A model generated the notes under the pieces. It was not told the DNA's origin and did not search any database. It saw nothing but the letters and a program-made list of their open reading frames with translations. Of a stretch of DNA of 64,000 nucleotides, positions 12,901-27,444 are shown piece by piece (the stretch's first letter is position 1; every line of letters starts with the position of its first letter). The DNA comes from Octopus sinensis. Taxonomy: Eukaryota. A program made the position numbers and the translations under genes. The stretch spans positions 51,026,001 through 51,090,000 of the forward strand of contig NC_043002.1 in the NCBI RefSeq assembly GCF_006345805.1. The letters run 5' to 3'.

Positions 12901-13282
12901 GCAATATCACCTTTCCCAGTATATAACATTCATTTCTATATAGAAGCATATACACAAAACCGCTTAATCTAGTCTTCGTCGATATAATGATACAAGCACG
13001 GGCATATATATTCGCACACACAAATACGCACACATTTTCTCTCTCTCATTTACACACACACACACGCACACACACAAACACATACGCATGCGTTTAGTAC
13101 TAACTGTCGCACAAAAGAGTACTCAATACCATGGTTGAGGTTTAATGATAATTTCTATCTGTATGTATACATATATGTATGTATGTGACTCTCTCTTGCT
13201 CGATCTTGATGTGTCGTTTGCCCTCTCTTACTCACACACACACACACACACACACACACAACACACACAACACACACACACA

Positions 13283-13314
<32 letters not shown>

Positions 13315-13562
13315 GAGGCGCATGGCATAGTGGTTACGATGTGCATGCCAGTTCATGTTTCCGGTTCCCAGACCGATAGGACCTTGTGTTCTTGAACAAA
13401 ACAGTTCATTTTAAGTCGCTCCAGTCTACTTTCCTGTAAACAGATAACTCTGTGCCAGACTGATATTCTGGCCGATTATGTAAAGCAATATCCGATTGTC
13501 TGATCGACGAGTACATATTAGACACACACACGCACGCACACGCACACGCATGTACACACACA

Positions 13563-13594
<32 letters not shown>

Positions 13595-13596
13595 TA

Positions 13597-13830
13597 CCTA
13601 TTTCTTTATTACCCACAAGGGGCTAAACATAGAAGGGACAAACAAGGACAGACATAGGTATTAAGTCGATTACATCGACCCCAGTGCGGAACTGGTACTT
13701 AATTTATCGACCCCCGAAAGGATGAAAGGCAAAGTCAACCTCGGCGGAATTTGAACTCACAACGTGACGACAGACGAAATACCGCTAAGAATTTCATCCG
13801 GCGTGCTAACGTTTCTGCCAGCTCGCCGCC
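13597..13830 (-). mobile_element. SINE family A, well-preserved copy with alternative 3' tail
   Basis: Head GGCGGCGAGCTGGCAGAAACGTTAGC, B-box GAGTTCAAATTC, core GCCTTTCATCCTTTCGGGGGTCGATAAATTAAGTACCAG; tail ends AGCCCCTTGTGGGTAATAAAGAAA. Confidence 0.88.
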
Positions 13831-14203
13831 TTCCACACACATACCACGCACACCACACATGCACATATATGCATGTATATACGTATTTATATGTACATGT
13901 ATATATGTAAATATATATATGTGTGTGTGTGTGTGTGTGTACACCTATACATATGTATATATATATATATACATATAGATATATAAATAAATACACAAAA
14001 CACACGCGCACACACACACAAACACATACACACACACACACACAACAAACACACACACACACACACGCACATATATATATACCTACGTATGTATGAATAA
14101 GTATTTTGTATATTTCATGTATATACATATGTAGATTCTATATCTATATCAATATACCTATCTATCTGTATCTTCTTCCCCATCGGCCTTTCTCTCTCTC
14201 TCC

Positions 14204-14248
<45 letters not shown>

Positions 14249-15441
14249 AAGAGAAAGTGAGAGACATATATATACATACATACATATATATATATACATA
14301 TACATAGTATACACCCAGAATTTTTATATACATATACATATATATACATATATATAGGTATCTACATGCATATTTACAACGTACATACACAGCTGACATG
14401 GATACATGATTTAATCTATGCACATTATACAAAAAAAGAATACACATCCATATAGATTACACCGAACAACGCACACTCAAACACACACATATACACATGT
14501 ACGCACACACACACACACGCCTACAGACACAAAGGTGTATACAAATACAAAGGTATGCTACACACATACGCTGATACACTTATCTTCTCATACATTGTTA
14601 TAGAAATGATTAAGCGTGTTTAACTAAACGTGAAAGATTCTCGTAGATTCGCGGGTCTTGATTCGTGTGACGCCAAAAATATATACTACTTTTCAAATGA
14701 AGCTATTAGTCGAGATGAAAGGATCCTGTAGCCAAAATATTAATCGGAAATGTCATTTGGAAACACTATTATAATTAGAAAACTCTCATGGAAGCCATTT
14801 TACGGGCGTCGCCATTTCTATTATAGTTTTCTCTAACGACGTTTGTTTGTGTATGTATTTATTTTTGTATCCGCTATTTATACAGCCATCTTGTTTCTTC
14901 GCTTTGCTAGAGCAGACGATAGAAATTTTTCGAATATTTGTATACTTGTTAGTTTCAGTCGTTGTTTGTTGGTACTTTTTTCTAGCAGTTGTTATTGTTC
15001 GTGAAATTGTCTGCGTTTCATGCTACAATCGTTTGTTTTGTCTTTCATTTGCTGTTGTGGTTTTTCTTTGCGTTCTTTTGTTATTTATTTTTGCTATTCT
15101 CTTCTTCTTTCGTTGTAATCACTGTGTGGATGTTGCTGTATCTCGTATGGTCATATTGTTGTTATTTTTCGTCCATTGTTGCAGCCAAGGTATGTTGCCA
15201 ACGTCCGTTCCTGATGTTGATGCGACTGTTGTTATTGTGATTATATTACTCAGCTTGTATTATACAAATGCACGCCCATAAAAACACACACATATTATAT
15301 ATATATGTGTGTGTGGGGGGGGTATACACATATATATATATACGCACATGTATATATACATGCATATAAATGTGTGTATATATATATATATATTTATACA
15401 TGTATGTACGCATATATGTATATTCATATATGTATATATAC

Positions 15442-15480
<39 letters not shown>

Positions 15481-15816
15481 AACACACACACACACTCACA
15501 TACTCACGCATATATAAATATGCATAAGTATACACACATGTACATACAACTGATTGTCAATGCCTACGTATGATTATATATATATATATATATAATATAT
15601 ATATATATATAGGCATATACACATACGCAAAGATACGTTCACACAGTTACACATATACACATGCAATTTTATGTAACCCCATTTCTGTCGTTCTGTCAAT
15701 CTCGTTTTGTATCAATTTACATTTTATTACAATGCCTTTTAATATTGCTTATATGTTAGTTTTTTTTTTTTTTTTGCTATTTTATATATTTTTGCCTTCT
15801 AGTCAACTGAAGAATC

Positions 15817-15870
<54 letters not shown>

Positions 15871-16189
15871 CATTATTATTATTATTATTATATTATTATT
15901 ATTATTAATAATATTTTTATTACCATCATCATCATCATCATCATTACCTTCAGCATCATCTTCAGCATCATTATCGTCGTCGTCCCCCTCCTCTTCGTCC
16001 TCCTCCTCCTCATTCTCATCATCATCATCATCATCATCATCACTGTTGTTGTTTTTTTATTGCTTTCGTTGATGCTGCTGCTGTTATTATTTTTATTATC
16101 CTTCATCGTAATTAATTTTGCTGTTGTTATTTTTATTACTGTTTTCGTTATATTCATTATTATTTTTTCGATATATTATCATTATGTTG

Positions 16190-16428
16190 AGGCGACGAGC
16201 TGGAAGAATCGTTAGCACAGCATACAAAATGCTTCGCAGTATTTCATATATATCTTTACGTTGCAAGTTCACTGTCATTCTTAGCACGGCAAAGCCTCAC
16301 ATTTCTGGTACTTTGCTTTCCATTCTTTCGGCGACAATGAGATATGTACCACTTAAATACTATGTTCGACGTAAACAAGCAGACCCCACCGACCAAATTT
16401 TAGGCACGGTTTCTAGAATAGGAAAGAT
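16190..16428 (+). mobile_element. SINE family A, diverged copy
   Basis: GGCGACGAGCTGGAAGAATCGTTAGCAC head and decayed core/tail. Confidence 0.7.
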
Positions 16429-16726
16429 TATCATATGTTAATATTGTTGTGGTTGCTCTATTCTTTAACTGAGAAAATTGTCAAGTCTCATCATCATCAT
16501 AGTCTGTGTTGGACGTACATCATCACATCTTGTTCAAAAGTCGTTTACTGTTCTGAATATTTGTTAAAGCTACTACTTCACTAATTAAAGAGAGCAGCTT
16601 CTAAATTGTGCACTAAATGGCACAATTATTATAGTAATATTATTGTTCCCGTCTTTTCCTTTTTCTGATGGAATGATAGTGTCATTTATCCGAAGTCTAG
16701 AAGCAAAAGGTTACACCCAGGTGGAA

Positions 16727-16817
16727 CTCGCAATTTCGGCTGATTAATCTCGAGATTGCCCCAATCTGGCCAGCCCCGAGGAAAAACTAAGCTAAGAGCA
16801 TTAGATTTCTTGGAAGG
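16727..16817. mobile_element. 91-bp insertion flanked by a perfect 21-bp direct repeat (TSD)
   Basis: AAAGGTTACACCCAGGTGGAA at 16706-16726 and 16818-16838. Confidence 0.85.
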
Positions 16818-17589
16818 AAAGGTTACACCCAGGTGGAAATATAGGTGGAATGAGATCGTGTGGCCAAGGTAAGGCAGTTCGGTAGCATGGAAGTTTTCTT
16901 CAAGAGTGAATTCCCGCTGTGAAACACAATAGTTATCATGGAAGACAGGGAACTTAGATTATGCCCAACATATTTAGAAAGACGGAGTCGTTGCATTAAG
17001 ATAGCAAGAGCTCCACCTGGGCTGGACATCTGGTGACTGTTAGTCTGTGTTGCTTTAGAAGGCAGTGATACAATCCTCCACGTAAAAGGGGGAAGTTTGC
17101 TTTGGAACCACATTGGAATCTGTTAAGTAGGTATACATTGGCGTCTATGAATTTTAGATATAAGATGAAGAAACTGTCACTTAAAGACCAATATTAAAGG
17201 AATCTATCATTTATGTAAAATGAGAGATAACGATTTCTAACTTTATGGTATAAAATCTTTTTACCTGGTTAAATAATTCCCTATACATTTGCATACACAT
17301 GGTAATTCGTCGGATGATGAAAGGCTATGAAAAAAGAACTTAAATAGTGCCTTGATCGTCTACAGAGATATTTTTGGATTCGATCCCAATTAACAAAATG
17401 TTGTAGCACATCAATTTGAAATCACATTGAGTTTTATTAAAACAAACAATGAAGAAATGTTCCAAGAAAAACTATTTTTAAGATCATCAACAACACCATA
17501 ACTGTATCTCAGTAATATCTACTGAGATACACATATGCAATAATAATCCTGGTATTAAGTTTATCCTAATTTTGTCATCCCTAAGTTCA

Positions 17590-18050
17590 TCCTCATCATC
17601 GTCGTCGTCGTTTCGCGTCCGCTTTCCATGCTGGCATGGATTGGACGGTTTGACATGGAGCTGACTAGCAGGGAGCTGTCTAAAATCCAATTATCTGTTG
17701 TGGCATGGTTTTTACGGTTGGACGCCCGTCCTACCGCCAGCCATTTAACAGAGTTTGCTGGATGCGCTTTACGTTCCACTGGCACGGGTGCATCAACGCG
17801 GCATCAGTACAGGTGCTTTTTATATGGTACCAACACCTGAAGGGACAAGCCTGTAGGTGTGGACGACAGCGACTTTACTTAGATTGTTGCGTCTTCTTAA
17901 GTGCAGCCAATCACCACATCTCCCAGTCCCTTGTTATTTCCTCAGTGAAGCCTAGCGTCCGAAGATCCTTTCTCATCACTTCGTCTCGTCCCTCCCACAA
18001 TTACCCTTACAATTAGAGCTCGGCACTTCTTCACGCAGCTTTCCTCATTA
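17590..18050 (-). mobile_element. Probable LINE/SINE 3' region with (GAT/GAC)n tail
   Basis: GC-richer block ending (minus strand) in CCATGCCAGCATGGAAAGCGGACG followed by (GAC/GAT)n, a tail type typical of RTE-group elements; no intact ORF. Confidence 0.5.
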
Positions 18051-18431
18051 AGTAGGTTAGTAAAAAGCAACTTTGAAGTACTCCGTGGAAACAGAGGGAT
18101 ATCTAGCCTCATGCATTATCTTCCATTTACAGAAGACAAAAGTTGTATATTGTGAACAGTTTTGAGCTCGAGAGCCACCTCAGTATTGTCATGGAATTTA
18201 CAATCATTTATATGTTATTACTGGATCAATGCTGGAAACTAATATTGACATAGGAAATACTAACCCGTAGAGCAGATGATTTTAGAACTATTAAGACAGT
18301 TAGTAATTCAAGAGTTGGATAATTTTGCAATGTACAAATAACTGAGAAAAGATGAGTATAAAGAATGTGTTTAAAAGTTGTCGAAAGTAAAATATAAAAC
18401 AGATACTGCGACAGCGAAAAAAAAATACTAA

Positions 18432-18580
18432 TATTGGTTTCAAATTTTGGCAAAAGGCGAGCAATTTCGGAGGAAGGAGACTAGTCGATTACATAGACGC
18501 AAGTGTTCAACTAGTACCTATTTTATTGACCACGAAAGGACGAAAGGCAAAATCGATCCGGCAGAAATTGAACTCGAAAA
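18432..18580 (-). mobile_element. SINE family A, 3' part
   Basis: Reverse complement of core and CCAAAATTTGAAACC tail. Confidence 0.7.
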
Positions 18581-18659
18581 GCATTGGTATTAGTGGCACT
18601 CGGTCGGTTACGACTACGAGTGTTCCAGTTGATCCGATCAACAGAACAGCCTGAGTGAA

Positions 18660-18868
18660 ACACCTATACGCAGTTCCGGCAGAAGGTAATGGCGAACTTC
18701 TGCTGACTCTTTCGCCACAACTTTCTCTCACTCTTTCCTCCTGCATCTTGCAGCTCACTTGCGACGGACCGGCGTCCTCTCCAGGTGGGGAACCTATACA
18801 CCAAGGAAACCGGGAAAACCGGCCCTTATGAGCCAGGCGTGACTCGAGAAGGAACAAACAACAACAAC
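18660..18868 (+). mobile_element. SINE 3' half with V-domain-like motif and (ACA)n tail
   Basis: TGCGACGGACCGGCGTCCTCTCCAGG resembles the V-SINE conserved domain as I recall it; ends GAAGGAACAAACAACAACAAC. Confidence 0.5.
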
Positions 18869-20881
18869 ATGCGTGTATATATATACATGCATGTATATGC
18901 GTGTACATATGTGTCGGTATGTATATAAATATGTATATATACACAAACACATATGTATACATATAAATGCATGTTTGCACAGAAATAGAGGAGTACTGTA
19001 AAACACGATTATGATTTCAATTTTTGGCGCAATGCCTGCAACAAAGTACAATTATGATAGCATGATATAATTAGAGGATATAAAACATGACAGATTACTG
19101 GTAAAGATTAGTTAGAGCAATTTACAAGTCTGTTCGTTTAACTATTTCCCAAGTATATGCAAGCGCAACCGAATGTATCATTAAACACTTTTAAGGATAA
19201 ACGCAATGATTTGAGGATATTTTTTTTTACTTTGTGGTTTAATGTTTTAGTGTTAATCTTGCTGAGGTTTAGCGTGTGCTTTTGTGTCCATTGTGAACTT
19301 AACTGAGTTTTTTTGCCATTATATCTTCTTCGGAAAGTCCGTGGCTCCACAAATGCATTTATTTTATTTATTAACTATTTGTTCACTTTCCGAAGAGTAG
19401 TGAATTTAGTTCATCTTCATTCTTTTCGCTTTTTTCGTTATTTTACTAACAAGGAGTTTCGCTGTCGTTCGGAAGAAATTGTTTCTCCCTACCTGTTTCC
19501 GTTGTTTTATGTTGAGTGTTTCCTCCCCGCGTAATTTGTGTCCTCTACATTTTTATCTTCGTATTTTCACCGACAGTTTGAGGCTTTCTGTCTCTGCGAA
19601 CAGTTTTTGCTTTTTGCTTGTTTTCTTTCGTTTTCTTTTAACAGTTTGTGAAAAGAATAAACAACAGTCCAGAGATATTCTACGTGATATAGAAACACAT
19701 CCTTATCATTGGTTAGAGCAGTTCACTTGCTACTTGCACGTAAATTTAGCTATGAATTAACGATACTCAGTAATAACCAGTGTAATAAAATGTGTGCAAG
19801 TGTATTTCATAAAGACTTCAAATGCAACCAAATTGGTACTCATTTTAATGGTTAATTTTAGGGAAATAATTTCAGTTTCAAATTAGAAATAATGAAAGGA
19901 AATATTGTATTTGAAAACAATGATTGAGAATAGATAACACTTGAAAATAAGAGAGGGGATAAAAAAAGGAGTATAACTGAAGATGAAAACTGAAGAAAAT
20001 AATGATTGTTTGGTAAGGAAAAGTAATTAGAGGATAGATAGGGATCAATTAATCAAGGTCAAAGAAAGCACAAGAAATCGAGGAGAGGGGTCTAAATTTT
20101 TTTGAAGAATTTTACTATGCAAAATTTACAAGGTACACACATGAAGTTAAATATCACACTTCTTCCCTAATGTATCATCAAATGCTCATAAGGCAGGCAA
20201 CCGGATATCTGAAAAGTCAGTGATATGTTTGTAAGTAATCTTATACTGCAACAAGTAACTGTGGTGTCTCTATGGGGTTTCGTAAATAGGATTCAATGAT
20301 TTTGAAGATTAAATGCATAAATACTTGAATATAAAACTCTCAAAAAGTAAAATCCTGACTCAGCAGTTGATTAAATATTAGGTAAAATAAGATGCCTCAC
20401 TTCATCGTCTGCAACTCATTAACACACTCTGTGAAACGGTACAACAGCAAATCTGTTCAGATTGCTAGGATGTCCAATCGCTGCAACACGGTATCAGCTC
20501 TACAATATATAGCTGTAATAATCAATTTAGAAAATTTCTATGGGTACAAAAGTTTGAAAATTAAATGCATAGATGAGAGAAATCAGAAAACTTCTCTGTC
20601 ACACATAAATTGCAGTTACTGCCGTCTCTGTTTTATATTTTCTCCTTTGCAGTTATGCTCAAATTTATTGTAGCTTATTTTTAGCTTCTGCTCTTTAGAT
20701 CCCAAATGTATTTTGACGTAGAAGTGACGATGCTTTCGCTTTTAATCTTGATCGAATTGAGGTGCGAGGTGTATCGGCTAAGGTTTCTGTGATCCCGACA
20801 CATGTCCTTTCTCTACTAAGGATAGGTTCTACATCAGGTCTACACATAAGCTCCTTCACTTATTATTAAAGGAACGATTAA

Positions 20882-21093
20882 GGCGGCGAGCTGAAACAAT
20901 TGTTAGCACGCTGGACGAAATGCTTAGCGGTACTTCACCCGTCGCTACGTTCTGAGTTCAAATTCCGCCGAGGCTGACTTTACCTTTCACCCTTTGGGGG
21001 TGGATAAAATATGTATCAGTTGAACACCGGGGTCGATGTAATTGACTCATCCCCTCCTCAAACACTTGCTGCCCTTGTGGCAAAATTTGAAAC
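20882..21093 (+). mobile_element. SINE family A, full length
   Basis: Head, B-box GAGTTCAAATTCC, core, tail CCTTGTGGCAAAATTTGAAAC. Confidence 0.85.
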
Positions 21094-21225
21094 GATTAAT
21101 TATATTTCACGTATAATTGTTGCTATAGTAGTTGCGATATGTGTGCAAATCAGAACCTAAGACTCTTTCATTATTTGTCAATATTTTAAACAGTAGTTTC
21201 AAATAAGACGAAAATTCATGTTGAT

Positions 21226-21420
21226 TTCAAATTTTGACACAACTCCAGCAAGACGGGTAGGTCGATTACATCGATCCCAATGCTCAACTGGTACTTATTT
21301 TATCGAACTCGAAAAGATGAAAAGCAAAGTCGATCTCGGCGAAATTTGAACTGAGAAAGTAAAGACAGGCGAAATGCCTCTAAGCATTTTGCTGGTGTGC
21401 TAACTAACGATTTAGCCATC
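21226..21420 (-). mobile_element. SINE family A, tail-to-tail with the previous copy
   Basis: Reverse complement of core and tail, ~130 bp from the 20882 copy. Confidence 0.8.
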
Positions 21421-22376
21421 TTGTATTATTAACAAAAATTCATATGAAATACATTTCTGTTCCGACTATTTAGAAAACTGAAAATTGAACAAACAGTGCA
21501 AGACATATAGCCTAGTTATCATGCTCTAATCGAATTATCATAGCCTCCACACACCGATTGAGTGTATGAAATATGTCCTCAGTGCATAATGAATCTCATG
21601 TTGTAAAGTTTTACCGACCAGCTGAGCAGATGAGATACGTACCGGTGAGGAAAAGTGAAAAACTCTTCTTCAGGAATTTGATAAGCACAAATAAAAGAAA
21701 ATAAGTGTCATCTTACTTGGTGTAATTCCTTTGACAACCTGACTCGAGCCTTTCACTGAAAGAGTTATGTTTACGTGTTTAATGTCTAAACTTTTAAACT
21801 CATACTATATATTATAATTAGAGAATCACAATTACATGTTGTGGAGCTAATCCCACGAATCTGCTTAAACGCTCTGTTACACCATTTGAACAAGTTGTTA
21901 TTTTCTTCAAACGAACTATGCTCTGCAGTTTTATAGAACGGTTCAATTTTATGCAGATTATAAAGCGAAGCACCGAATTTCACATAGAATTTGATAATGT
22001 AAAAGCATCAAAGAATGATGCTAGTTATCTATCTGAATTTACAGCTTGCGTAAGTAATCAGCGACCAGCTTCAGCTCTTACGTTCTCATACTTTTGTACT
22101 CAAGTGCTTATACACTAACTATTCCGAATAATTTAGTGATTTATTTGCTCAGCAACTTCACTTAACCTTTCACTCATCTGTGGAAGTGAGTTACAGCGTC
22201 ATTGGTGCCAAGCTGCATCGGCTTTTGCTTTTCCCTTGGATAACATAGGTGGAGTGGGGAAGAGAAGCTTGTATGCATGGGTGACTGCTAGTCTTCCACA
22301 GACAACCTTGCCCAGACTCGTTCCTAGGAGGGATACTTTCTAGGTGGAATCCTATGATCATTCGTCACCAAAAGGG

Positions 22377-22415
<39 letters not shown>

Positions 22416-23424
22416 CTCCATCTCTCTCTCTAGTTACCCCTGGGTGATCTATAGTCATAGAGCTTTTTTCTTGAAAGAATGGTGCTACTTATTCGTTGTA
22501 TTGCTGCAGTATGTTTTGAAAGTTGAGAGCAAGTGCAGGGTCCGTTTTCTATAATTCTTACAGTTTTATATCTCTTTCTGCCCTCCCTTATTTTATAAAA
22601 GTGTTTGAGTTCGTCCTTTAGGCGGTTTGACACCTTTGTTCTTTGTCACAAAATTTTTCTGCTACTAGAAAGTATATGCTGACCTTTCGCTCTTGAACAA
22701 AATTACATTTCATGTTGTGGCTTACATTATTAATATGAATAGCTTACGATTTGTTTTAATGTTTTACATAAAGAGAATTCCACGTTAGTTCTTTTAAATC
22801 AATTTTATGAATGTTCAGGCTAACTAGATTTTGAGTGCAACTTATAGAGTGCATATCTATGTTTCTTTTTGGATGGAGCATGGTTAATTTTACTACATGA
22901 GGTCAGAGAAAATCGTTGGCATCACATGCATATTATGGATGAGTTCCGTGATATTTCCGAGACAAAGGAATAAAGTCCTACGCTTCCTGGTTGAGTGAAA
23001 GTATTATTCCAACATCAATTTGTTTATTCATGTTGTGGCATAACTGAGAAAACAACCATCTAGACATTTAAGAGGGGGAGGTCAACTCCCACAAGAAATT
23101 CAGTGAGATATGTCGAGCTAGATTGCTAAACACTTCTATAGCTCGAAGGTATCTTAGATTTTACTATCATGGTTTGTAACATCTGGTGAACGATGTATTA
23201 CTCAAATGACTACAATTAGTTGCTATATATGAATCCATATTAATAAAAGGCATATGCATGATTTTTATCTCAGTTTGAATTGGAAGTTCATGTATTAGTT
23301 TTGCACTACAATAGCTGAAATATCGTAGAGGGGTACACATCTTCAAGGAAACTGTTGTAGATTACTCAATTTTTTTCAGATACGTTCTTTTAAACCGGAC
23401 AGGCCGGGCACTGCTACCTCAGTA

Positions 23425-23511
<87 letters not shown>

Positions 23512-23518
23512 ATAACTA

Positions 23519-23584
<66 letters not shown>

Positions 23585-23793
23585 ATATATACATACACAC
23601 ACACACACACACAATATATGTACATATAAGTATGTGTGTATGTACGTTGTGTACGCGTGTACATGTGTGTGTATATATGAGTGCGTGGTTTAGTACATAC
23701 ACTCAAAATAATCACATGTACACACACATGTATATTATATATTATTTTGTGAATATGTACATGTATACAAGTGCGCGAATGAGTACAAGCATG

Positions 23794-23840
<47 letters not shown>

Positions 23841-23989
23841 CAAGTATCACGCGTATTTTACACAAATATATAATTCAATATTTGTTCATACCTAATGTTT
23901 TAAAAACACTTTACTTTGACACACACACTGCTGATATATACATATGTATTCATATCTGCACACAAACACATATATTCCCACACACACGC

Positions 23990-24033
<44 letters not shown>

Positions 24034-24545
24034 TCACACACAATCAAAAACAGAAACATAAAGATGCATATATTAATTTTTGAAATAGCACTCAATTTAA
24101 ATAAAACAAATAAAGAAGGCATTTGTTTACAGATGTTCTTGCTGTTGTTGTTTTTGTTGTTGTTATTGCTGTTATTGCTCTTTGCATGTATGTTTATTAG
24201 TTTATTTTCTCGCATCCCATTCTAACACCATCATTCACCTACTCAGCCCGTAACTTGCTCAAAACATCTCCTCCACCCAACCGCCAGAAGAAAAAAAAAA
24301 ATTATATATGTAATAAATTTCTTTTCAAGTTGTCTTTCGGAATTCGTCACTGAGGAAAAATTATGGAAGTGTATAAGTGCTATAAATTATGGATTCTCTA
24401 AATACCTTTTCCTAAGAGCATTTTCTACGCTCTTTTTCCCTCCCTCTATTGATTCTTCAGTCTTTCTCATTGTCTTTCCCTCTTTTTTCTATTCCCTTTC
24501 AACCTCGTTCGCCATATATATATATATATAATATATATATATATA

Positions 24546-24629
<84 letters not shown>

Positions 24630-25641
24630 TATATATGTGTGTGTATGTATGTATATATATATATATATACAAACCATCCAGCCATCCACCCATATATGCA
24701 TACGTACATACGTGTATGCATATGTATGTATGGGCGTATGCGTATATATAAGTTTGTGTATGTATACACATCAATACATTTTACCGTTTATTGAAATTTA
24801 CATGTAAATACATAAATATTAATATTTTCAGTATGAGTACGCAGTTATACATTCACGGTCGTACACACACATACATGTCCAAATACTCATACACACACGT
24901 ATATACATCGAAGTATGCGTATATAAATCTATTATGTATATACATATACATGCATACATACAGGCATACGCACACAGACACAGACACAGACACACACATA
25001 TGGAAGTATTAGAGATTTATATTGTTACATCCATATCAGCTGTCAACAACGTTAATATAAAAATAAGAGTATGTTTATCCATACTTTTTTGTGGTTTTGT
25101 CGCCTTTCGTTCTGATGTTTTGTTTTCATAGTTTTTCGTTCTTTTAACGCATTCTTTTTCTTCTTCTAATATACAGTGTTTATTCATATTTCACAAATAC
25201 AAGGAATTCGAACTCTTAAATGTGTACAGATTTCGTATGTCTTATGTATATGGATATATGTTCTATGGATATATCATTGCCAATGGGCATGTGTGTCAGT
25301 GCCCATATATATATGTAAGCGTGTTTGCGGGTGTGTCTGTATTTGAGCGACCATGTGTGTGTGTGTGTGTGTGGTGTGTGTGTGTGTGTGCGTGCGTGTG
25401 TGTATAAGAATATATGGATATGTGTGTTTTTTCGTGTCATAGTTTTCAAATATATGCACAAAATTACGATGGAACTTTTATAAATAGAACTTTCTGTGTG
25501 TGCATGCGTGTGCGTATATGCACATATATATTATATATATATATATGTATGTAGTATATGTATTCATACATACATAAATCATATATATATATATATATAG
25601 ATGCATATATATATATATATATATGCATATATATATGTATG

Positions 25642-25685
<44 letters not shown>

Positions 25686-25768
25686 TATATATGTATATAA
25701 ATATATATATATCTATATATCTATATAAATATATATATTCATATATATGTATGTATATATGTATATAT

Positions 25769-25813
<45 letters not shown>

Positions 25814-25842
25814 ACCCATATATATATATATGTATATGTGTA

Positions 25843-25881
<39 letters not shown>

Positions 25882-26024
25882 ATATATATATATATATATA
25901 ATATATATACGCACGTTTACTCAGGGTTAAGCGTAGTTACGTAATGAATTCCCTATTTTGTAGTACGCGTATATTGTTAGATCATATGTAAATGCATACT
26001 CACACACACACACACACACACACG

Positions 26025-26062
<38 letters not shown>

Positions 26063-26551
26063 CGTACACACAAATACACTCATTCATCACTCACGCATAC
26101 ATACATACAGAAATACACGCATACACATGTACACACATACGTAATGATGGATAGACAGATGAACATAAAGATAGATGGATAACACACATATTTCTGTATC
26201 AATTTTTCCATATCGTAATTAAAAATATAAATTTTTCAGTTTTTCTATTCTCTTATTTATAGGCCCCATCAGTGAAGCACGTAGATATCAGTTACAAGCC
26301 GCTGACATAGATATATGAATATACATACATATATTCATACACGCGCATAAATATCATAAATATATTCATACGCGCGTACATACATGTGTATATGCTCGCA
26401 CACACACACACGAACACATATATACATGTATGTGTAAATATACATGATTGTGCATATATATGTGTATAATATGCATATGAATGAATATATGTATATATAG
26501 ATATTTATATGCATACGTGTATATGTGTGTGTGTGTCTGTATGTATAGATG

Positions 26552-26594
<43 letters not shown>

Positions 26595-27444
26595 AAATGT
26601 GTGCTATACATATAACCACACATACACACATATACAATATATATATATATATATACATATGTATATACATATGCATCTATACATATATAAATATGTATAT
26701 TATATATATATATATATATATATAGCATGTATGTATGCATGGATATATGTATCTATATATACATGTATGTGTGTGTGTGTACATCATACACGGATGTAAG
26801 ATATACGATTTGATATTTAAGAGATTGCCTATGCTCTTCGCGGCAATGTTCGGGTCGTGATTTCATATATTCCTCTGCAATATCATGTTTTATCTTATGT
26901 GAGTATTAAATTAATAAACAAAGTTAAAGGCCAGTAATGTTAGAAACAAACACATCATCGAATGCCCACTGATATACAAGGCTATTCATGTTACTCAACA
27001 TTAAAGCATATTTCACCCGTCCACAAGAAAATAATTGTACATATGTTAAAACAAATCATTTGCACAGTGTTTTTTGTTCACGAGTTAATGAGGTAAGCAT
27101 CTTCTATGTCGTAGCTTGGCCTGCTAAAAATGATACCCGATTTTCACTCATATTGCCACTTTGGAAATTAAATGAAAAAATTCAAACGTGCAGGAATGGC
27201 TATTTTGGTAAGAAGATCACTTTGCAATCACATAACCATACAAGGTTAGTACGGTCATGCAATCCATGTGTAGGAAGTTAGTAAACTTCAAGCATTTATG
27301 CGGCTATAACAGATGAGAAAATGTAGATAATACACGATAAAGCATGTTTATTCATATCGTAAGTTGTACATTTCTTACCATATTGAAGTTAAAAGGAATG
27401 TCAGTAAGCTGATGGTCATCAAATATATATATGTAATAAGATAA

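Noticed and set aside
13760-13830. A/B-box tRNA-like segments
   Set aside because: These are SINE heads; no complete cloverleaf, so not called as tRNA genes.
16840-17113. Possible L1/Tx1 ORF1 remnant (LCPTYLERRSRCIKIARAPP)
   Set aside because: Resemblance too weak to call without a search.
19330-19360. Minus-strand KCICGATD resembling a post-SET motif
   Set aside because: Third cysteine absent and no upstream SET motifs; probably chance.
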